A stretch of DNA of 64,000 bases from Candidatus Staskawiczbacteria bacterium (lineage in GTDB: Bacteria > Patescibacteriota > Minisyncoccia > Minisyncoccales > Staskawiczbacteraceae): the NCBI GenBank assembly GCA_041661545.1, contig JBAZUH010000001.1, positions 467,877 through 531,876 on the forward strand, in the 5' to 3' direction. Made by a program: the position numbers and the translations under genes. Positions 25,493-31,024 of this stretch are shown here, one piece after another (the first letter of the stretch is position 1; each line of letters starts with the position of its first letter). The notes under the pieces were generated by a model. It saw only the letters and a list, made by a program, of their open reading frames with translations. It searched no databases and was not told the origin of the DNA.

Positions 25493-27289
25493 ATGCCAAC
25501 GAACCAACCCCAAACCGAAACCATGAAAACCATGATCCAATTGGCGACTTCGATCGCCCTGATGATCATTCTTGGTGCCTGCGGCCCTCGAGGTAGCAGC
25601 ACCAACAACGGCGACGAGAGCGGTGACCCCGCCCTCGCGAGAATCAACAACGACCTCAACAACCTGAGCAGGCGCTCCGAAGCCGCCACCTCAACGGTGG
25701 CCGAGCGGTCAAATGACGAACGGTTTGCGGCTCTCCAGCTGCAGCTGGCCGTCATTTCAAACCAGCTCGCCGTCAGTGGCGTCGCAGTTTCGCCGGTGTC
25801 GGACACCGACGAACTCATCATCGCCTCCTCCGCAACCCCCGCCGAACGCGGCATCGTGTTGGCCGGAACCGGTGATACGGTTCCAGGTGAGAATCGACCA
25901 AGATTAGGCACAGCCGCGGGCGGATTGATTCCGTCCCAGGCCACCCAAATCCCGGTTGCCGCAACAACGCCAACTGCACCAACCCAAACCGCACCGCAGC
26001 CAACCCCAACCGCACCAGCCGCGAGAACGGTGGTCCAAGCATGGACCTACCCAGTTGCACAGGGAGACACATACGAGGGCTTAGCCAAAGCCTTCGGCAT
26101 TCCCGAAGCCGCGCTTCGGCGGGCAAACAACGACGTGGTGCTCGAAGTCGGGCGCGTAATCGTTGTACCGATGCCGTTGGACACTACCGCCACCGCCACC
26201 GCCAACAACACCGAGCTAATTCGCGAAATCCGGGGCGGCAACATCGCCATCCTGGAGGTGCTGGAGGCGCTACGGGCGCAACAACAACAGGCTCAGCAAG
26301 CGCTGGCTCAAACGGAGAGACTGGGTGACCAGTCCTTCCGCGGGGTCTCAGCGGCCGAATACGCCGCCTGCCCAACCTGCCAAGCGGCACGGCAACCGAC
26401 GTATTATGCGCCGGAGCCGTCGTACGCCCAGCCGTATCAGCAACCCTACTGTCAGCCGAGCTACGGCTACCAACGGCCATATTACCAGGACTACGGCAGT
26501 TACGGTGGTGGCTACGGTGGAGGAAACAGCATTAGTATCAACTTGTCGCAGTCGCAACAGCAACAGCAACAGGGGTACTACCCCCAGCCGTGCCCAACGC
26601 CGACACCACAACCCCAACCGTACGATCCCTGCCCACCCGGCTCGCCGAGAAATCGGCAGTTGGGTTGGCAACCAGGTGATGGCCAATGGTGGAATAACGG
26701 CACCGGCAGGAATGCCGGAGCCGTGGCAGCGAGCTTAACCCCATACAGCAGCGGGGACTACCTCGCCGCTGCAAGCAGGTCAAGCTCCTCCAGCCCATCC
26801 GTTTCGGCATTGTCGCCAGGCGGAACGCCTTCACCAACCCGCCTAAATGGGGGCCTCAGAGCTCTCAACAACGGCGGAACTGGTGCGGCACCAACAGCGC
26901 GCGGTGGTGGTTACGACTACCGTGCAGCTTTGGCCAGCAGAACTCCGGCCGCAAGTCGGAGCACCGCAACGGCCAATAAGCCGGCAAGTCGGGTACAAAC
27001 CTACAAGCCGGCGACGAAGCCGTCAACGGCACGCGCGACACCCAGTCGTGCGGCACCCAGTCATGCGACATCGAGTCGGCAGACGATGAGTCGGGCGACA
27101 CCAAGTCGTACAACGATGAGTCGTGCACCCAGTAGGACTCCGAGTCGGCAGACGATGAGGACACCCAGTCGCACTCCGAGTCGGCAAACGATGAGGACCC
27201 CGAGTCGTGCGACAGTCAGTCGGGCACCGAGTCGTGCTCCGACGATGAGTCGGGGATCGTCAAGCGGCGGCATGATGCGCCGCAGGTAA
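25493..27289 (+). CDS. GC-rich LysM-domain lipoprotein with Gln/Tyr/Pro-rich and Ser-Arg repeat regions
   Basis: Lipobox MKTMIQLATSIALMIILGAC (alternative start at 25523). LysM-like segment YPVAQGDTYEGLAKAFGIPEAALRRANNDVVLEVGRVIVVP. C-terminal TPSRQTMRTPSR repeats. The opposite-strand ORFs are GC artefacts. Confidence 0.75.
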   Translation: MPTNQPQTETMKTMIQLATSIALMIILGACGPRGSSTNNGDESGDPALARINNDLNNLSRRSEAATSTVAERSNDERFAALQLQLAVISNQLAVSGVAVSPVSDTDELIIASSATPAERGIVLAGTGDTVPGENRPRLGTAAGGLIPSQATQIPVAATTPTAPTQTAPQPTPTAPAARTVVQAWTYPVAQGDTYEGLAKAFGIPEAALRRANNDVVLEVGRVIVVPMPLDTTATATANNTELIREIRGGNIAILEVLEALRAQQQQAQQALAQTERLGDQSFRGVSAAEYAACPTCQAARQPTYYAPEPSYAQPYQQPYCQPSYGYQRPYYQDYGSYGGGYGGGNSISINLSQSQQQQQQGYYPQPCPTPTPQPQPYDPCPPGSPRNRQLGWQPGDGQWWNNGTGRNAGAVAASLTPYSSGDYLAAASRSSSSSPSVSALSPGGTPSPTRLNGGLRALNNGGTGAAPTARGGGYDYRAALASRTPAASRSTATANKPASRVQTYKPATKPSTARATPSRAAPSHATSSRQTMSRATPSRTTMSRAPSRTPSRQTMRTPSRTPSRQTMRTPSRATVSRAPSRAPTMSRGSSSGGMMRRR

Positions 27290-27318
27290 AAGCAACCGAG
27301 GGGTAGCCCCCTCAATAT

Positions 27319-27356
27319 GGGCGGTCCAACAACGATGTTGGCCGCCCCCTTTTTTT
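27319..27356 (+). terminator. Intrinsic terminator
   Basis: GGGCGGTCCAACaacgatGTTGGCCGCCCcc followed by T8. Confidence 0.8.
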
Positions 27357-27513
27357 GAGTGCGGAATATATTTTTTCCTTACCCGCACGAAACCCCTTCA
27401 CCATTTTTACTGGTGATTTTTTATTACCACAATGACAGCCGAAGGCGCTTCGCAGATATAATTTTGTATTATTTATTACACAGATGAAAATGGTGTGGGG
27501 TTGTTTCCATCTC

Positions 27514-27542
27514 TTGACACGCGTCAAGTTATATGATATAAT
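27514..27542 (+). promoter_or_regulatory. Extended -10 sigma70-type promoter of GC-rich cassette gene 2
   Basis: TTGACA (27514..27519), a 17-nt spacer, then TGaTATAAT (ending at 27542). The -35 element lies in the inverted repeat TTGACacgcGTCAA. Confidence 0.65.
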
Positions 27543-27631
27543 AAAATTATTAGATGAGCATGATCGCTCATTGAAAATTCAACCAACCCCAACCACACCA
27601 ACACCAACCGCCCAAAACAGGGTATACGATT

Positions 27632-28540
27632 ATGGCAAGCAAGAAAAAAACCTCGCCGGCAGGGACGCCGGCAACACCACCGGCGAAACCGGCCCCCCGG
27701 CGACGCCCAGCGTCGTTGGCACCGGCGGCAACATCGCCGCTCGTGGCGACGACAACCCCGACACCCCCGCTACCCGCGGGGACAATCAGGCGGACGCCGA
27801 CACCGGCGCCCTCGGGTGCCACAACCCCAACTCCAACCCCGACGCCGCCAGCGCCCACTCCGGCACCGGCACCCGCAACGTTGACGACGGTGGCAACACC
27901 GGCGACAGCACCGGTACCGCCTGCGCCAACAACCCCAGCAGTAACACCGCCATCGCCGACTCCGGCACCCGCCGTCACCCCGACCCCGCCCGCCGCGGTC
28001 ACACCGCGCAGAGCAGGGAGACGAATGGTCGTCACCCGGGTTGTAGGTTTAGTGTTCGTCGTGCTGTTGATAAAATGGGCCTTCAGGTCCGACGAACCGG
28101 CGGCAACGGCGACAACCACCAACAACGCGGCGTACGTCACGGCGTTGGAAAAAGCCACCGCGCTCCTGAAAAAGCAAGCGGTGGAAATGGACCGCCTAAC
28201 GGCGGAGGTTGAAGCCCTCAAAAAGGGCAACACAACCCCGCCCAAGGGCGGCACCACCGCTGGTACTGGTGGCACCGGTACTACCAACCCCAACCCCCAA
28301 CCCCCAACCCCAGTAAACTATCGTCGGTCGGCACCGACGATAGAATCCGCCCATGTCCGCCAACTCCAGGCGGATATCATGGCCATGAAGGTCAAAGCTG
28401 CCCGGACTGTTCGGGCAGCTGCATGGGGTCCAATGGACCCCGACTCAAGGGCAGCAGCACAAGATCAGGTCAACGCCCTTGAAGTGGAGTTGGCCAATAT
28501 GGAGGCCGTCCTGGCTCACGCCAGGGCAACAGGAATGTGA
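27632..28540 (+). CDS. GC-rich Pro/Thr/Ala-rich single-pass membrane protein with a C-terminal coiled coil
   Basis: Basic N-terminus MASKKK, a long PTPAP-rich region, TM helix MVVTRVVGLVFVVLLIKWAF, and heptad-like ALEKATALLKKQAVEMDRLTAEVEALKK. Confidence 0.7.
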   Translation: MASKKKTSPAGTPATPPAKPAPRRRPASLAPAATSPLVATTTPTPPLPAGTIRRTPTPAPSGATTPTPTPTPPAPTPAPAPATLTTVATPATAPVPPAPTTPAVTPPSPTPAPAVTPTPPAAVTPRRAGRRMVVTRVVGLVFVVLLIKWAFRSDEPAATATTTNNAAYVTALEKATALLKKQAVEMDRLTAEVEALKKGNTTPPKGGTTAGTGGTGTTNPNPQPPTPVNYRRSAPTIESAHVRQLQADIMAMKVKAARTVRAAAWGPMDPDSRAAAQDQVNALEVELANMEAVLAHARATGM

Positions 28541-28563
28541 GAGGTTCTACCCCTCTCACTTAT

Positions 28564-28610
28564 GCGCCCCGAGATCGCCTAGCCAGCGAAATCGAGGGCG
28601 CCCTTTTTTT
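28564..28610 (+). terminator. Intrinsic terminator
   Basis: GCGCCCCGAGAT...ATCGAGGGCGC stem followed by T7. Confidence 0.65.
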
Positions 28611-28672
28611 AAATGAAAATCCCCAAAAATAGCGTTTTTTGACACAAAAAATGCTACCATTTTTGAGGGATA
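28611..28672 (+). repeat. Bulged hairpin repeat R1 (subfamily A)
   Basis: aaatgaaaATCCCCAAAAATAGCGTTTTTTGacaCAAAAAATGCTAccaTTTTTGaGGGAT. Confidence 0.85.
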
Positions 28673-28678
28673 AATAGG

Positions 28679-28741
28679 CATCCTTCCAAATATCGATTTG
28701 CGACACGCAAATTGATACCATTTGGGGGGATAAAATTTTTT
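28679..28741 (+). repeat. Bulged hairpin repeat R2 (subfamily B)
   Basis: CATCCTTCCAAATATCGATTTGCGacaCGCAAATTGATAccaTTTGGGGGGAT. It matches R3 at 51 of 52 positions. Confidence 0.85.
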
Positions 28742-28796
28742 GTAATAAAAATGGCCCGCAATAAGCAGGGCCATTTTAAAAAATAATATAAAATAA

Positions 28797-29156
28797 TTAT
28801 GTACCTTGTTCTAGGGCACTCTTTACTATGCCTTCTATTACTTTATAACTCCCAGCTGCAATTACTATCAAAACAGTTCCTATAATTGCTGCTATCATTG
28901 CTTGTTTAGCTGTTTTTACTTTTCCTGGATCACCTGCGGCCATTAAATATAAGATTCCTGCGATTACCCATCCTATAACCACAATTGCTCCTCCAAGCGT
29001 TACCATTAATGCTTGTATATTTGTTGCAATTTTGGTAGCTGTATCACCACCATTTGCAGTGTTCTCAAAAGCATTAGGATCTTGACCCAAAACTAATACA
29101 GGAGCTACTAACATTCCAAGCAATAAAATTGAAAATAATATTTTTTTATTCACCAT
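28797..29156 (-). CDS. TrbC/VirB2-like small pilin paralog 1
   Basis: Signal peptide, two TM helices and the conserved motif LMAAGDPGKVKTAKQAMIAAIIG. Confidence 0.6.
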   Translation of the reverse strand: MVNKKILFSILLLGMLVAPVLVLGQDPNAFENTANGGDTATKIATNIQALMVTLGGAIVVIGWVIAGILYLMAAGDPGKVKTAKQAMIAAIIGTVLIVIAAGSYKVIEGIVKSALEQGT

Positions 29157-29215
29157 TATTTTAGCAAACTTATATTATTATAAATTTCGTTTGCTATTTT
29201 TTATTATATAATTTT

Positions 29216-29539
29216 TTATTCTACGTTAATATTAAAAGCATTTCCAACTAGATAAACTGCAGATGAAGCCACTATAATTAATATTGTTCCAATGATTGAT
29301 GCAAATAATGCTTTTTTAGCCAAAGTAAGTTTTGATGGATCGCCCAGGGCTGTTAAAAATAAAATGCCTGTTACAACCCATAAAATAACCACTATGGCCC
29401 CACCAATATAAAGCGCTAACATTACGGCTGCGTCAATCATACTTTGAATTGTTATTCCTTCTCCTTGGGCTAAAACCATTCCCGGCAAAGCTAAGACACT
29501 TAAAATAATTAGAAACAATATTTTTTTATTCATATTCAT
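29216..29539 (-). CDS. TrbC/VirB2-like small pilin paralog 2
   Basis: The start is set at MNMNKKILFLIILS, by analogy with the paralogs. Motif LTALGDPSKLTLAKKALFASIIG. Confidence 0.6.
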   Translation of the reverse strand: MNMNKKILFLIILSVLALPGMVLAQGEGITIQSMIDAAVMLALYIGGAIVVILWVVTGILFLTALGDPSKLTLAKKALFASIIGTILIIVASSAVYLVGNAFNINVE

Positions 29540-29547
29540 ATTTATAA

Positions 29548-29877
29548 TTAATAAGTTGTTAAAACTCCTCCAATTATCCATAATATAGAGTAAGCAACAA
29601 TTCCAACTACCACTCCAGCAATTCCCCAAATTAAAGCAGACTTAGCTATTTTTAATTTTGCGGGGTCACCCATTGCTGTTAAAAAGAAAATGCCCGCAAT
29701 GACAAAACAAACTAATACAATAAATGCAAATATAACCCATATAGCCCATTCTAAAGAATATATAAAATCTTCGATTGTCATTGGCTCTAGGCCGTGAGAT
29801 ATTTGACCTAAAGAAACCAAGGGCATAGCCAAGGCCCCTAAAACTATTAAAAACAATATTTTTTTATTGATATTCAT
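29548..29877 (-). CDS. TrbC/VirB2-like small pilin paralog 3
   Basis: Starts MNINKKILFLIVLG. Motif LTAMGDPAKLKIAKSALIWGIAG. Confidence 0.6.
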   Translation of the reverse strand: MNINKKILFLIVLGALAMPLVSLGQISHGLEPMTIEDFIYSLEWAIWVIFAFIVLVCFVIAGIFFLTAMGDPAKLKIAKSALIWGIAGVVVGIVAYSILWIIGGVLTTY

Positions 29878-29950
29878 ATATTAAAAAATCGGTAGGTTTT
29901 TGCCCCCGCTAAGCGGGGACAAAAACCAAAATTCATACAATAAAAATTGA

Positions 29951-30283
29951 CTACACTCCCAACGCGGCACCTATTATATTCAATATCGAGAAGGCTAAAA
30001 TTCCAACTACCACTCCAGCAATTCCCCAAATTAAAGCAGACCTTGCTGCTTGAACTTTTTCTGGTTGTCCTTGAGCTGTTAAAAATAAAATACCAGCAAC
30101 AATAAACATAATAACTGCAATAGCACCAAACACCATCCACATAAGAATTTCTATCTGCTCTATTAATTTTGGCAAATCCTGTATTGAAGCTTCTCCAGGG
30201 GGATAATTTTTATCAAGAGCAAAAACTACAACTGGTAAAGTTAGTGCGGTGACTAAAATTGAATTTAATGTAAATTTATTCAT
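29951..30283 (-). CDS. TrbC/VirB2-like small pilin paralog 4
   Basis: Motif LTAQGQPEKVQAARSALIWGIAG. A long hairpin (core CCCCGCTAAGCGGGG, about 29893..29925) lies downstream. Confidence 0.6.
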   Translation of the reverse strand: MNKFTLNSILVTALTLPVVVFALDKNYPPGEASIQDLPKLIEQIEILMWMVFGAIAVIMFIVAGILFLTAQGQPEKVQAARSALIWGIAGVVVGILAFSILNIIGAALGV

Positions 30284-30295
30284 TTTTTAGATAAA

Positions 30296-30347
30296 CATCC
30301 TCCCAAATATCGATTTGCGACACGCAAATTGATACCATTTGGGGGGA
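30296..30347 (+). repeat. Bulged hairpin repeat R3 (subfamily B)
   Basis: CATCCTCCCAAATATCGATTTGCGacaCGCAAATTGATAccaTTTGGGGGGA. Its minus strand reads ...TTTGGGAGGATG, 13 nt upstream of the start of pilin paralog 4. Confidence 0.85.
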
Positions 30348-30393
30348 ATATTTCTACTTATTTTTATAATTTGTGTAATCGACCTTTATAAAA

Positions 30394-30945
30394 TTATTGA
30401 GTAATTTCTTTTAGTATAGCAACAATTGTATTGGCTGCCAACCCTACGGCAATACCAATAATAGAATATATTAAAGCTGTTTTAGCAGTTTTTATTTTTT
30501 GCGGATCGCCAGCCGACAAAAGGTAAAGAATTCCAGAAACAATGATCATTATAGCTCCGGCTGCCACCATAACAATTCCAAACTGAGTAGCTATGCTTTC
30601 AATAATCTTTTCAATGGTTTCTCCCTTCACTCCTGTTTCTATTATTTCAACTATTGCTTGAGCAGTAAGACCAACTACTATACCTATTATTGCATAAGTT
30701 AAAGCTGATTTAGCAGTTTTTATTCTCTGTGGGTCACCAGCTGAAATTAAATATAGAAAACCAGCCACTATAATCATTAACCCTCCTAAAACTGTTATAA
30801 ATGCACCCAATTTTCCAGCTATACCTGCAAGAAGATCTGGAAAACTTGTATAACTTGTTGTCGGCTCAATTTGAGCAAAAGTTAAAGGAGCTATACAAAA
30901 TAGGCTGATAAATAGAATTAAACCGAAAGCATAAAGTTTTTTCAT
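30394..30945 (-). CDS. Tandem-fused double TrbC/VirB2-like pilin (two pilin modules in one ORF)
   Basis: The start is set at MKKLYAFGLILFISLF (cat at 30943..30945). The motif occurs twice: LISAGDPQRIKTAKSALTYAIIG and LLSAGDPQKIKTAKTALIYSIIG. Confidence 0.6.
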   Translation of the reverse strand: MKKLYAFGLILFISLFCIAPLTFAQIEPTTSYTSFPDLLAGIAGKLGAFITVLGGLMIIVAGFLYLISAGDPQRIKTAKSALTYAIIGIVVGLTAQAIVEIIETGVKGETIEKIIESIATQFGIVMVAAGAIMIIVSGILYLLSAGDPQKIKTAKTALIYSIIGIAVGLAANTIVAILKEITQ

Positions 30946-31024
30946 ATTATATATATTATACAACTTTACACAAAAAATATGCAATGTTTCTAGCTGTGAA
31001 TAAAACCTAAGCCGGATCGACGGG

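Noticed and set aside
25357-28293. Many long overlapping ORFs on both strands in the first GC-rich island (for example 25357..25944 -, 26184..26480 -, 27484..28212 +, 27568..28293 -)
   Set aside because: High GC content suppresses stop codons. Only the + strand frames 25493..27289 and 27632..28540 show real protein features (lipobox, LysM, TM helix, coiled coil) and sit correctly behind promoters.
25311-28741. Prophage or integrative conjugative element next to tRNA-Leu(UAG)
   Set aside because: No integrase, capsid, terminase or conjugation gene is present. The island abuts the 5' end of the tRNA rather than the 3' end, and no tRNA-end direct repeat was found.
28556-28774. 72-aa minus-strand ORF and a possible CRISPR-like array at R1/R2
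   Set aside because: The ORF is made entirely of the two hairpin repeats. With only two adjacent copies, no regular spacers and no cas genes, this is not a CRISPR array.
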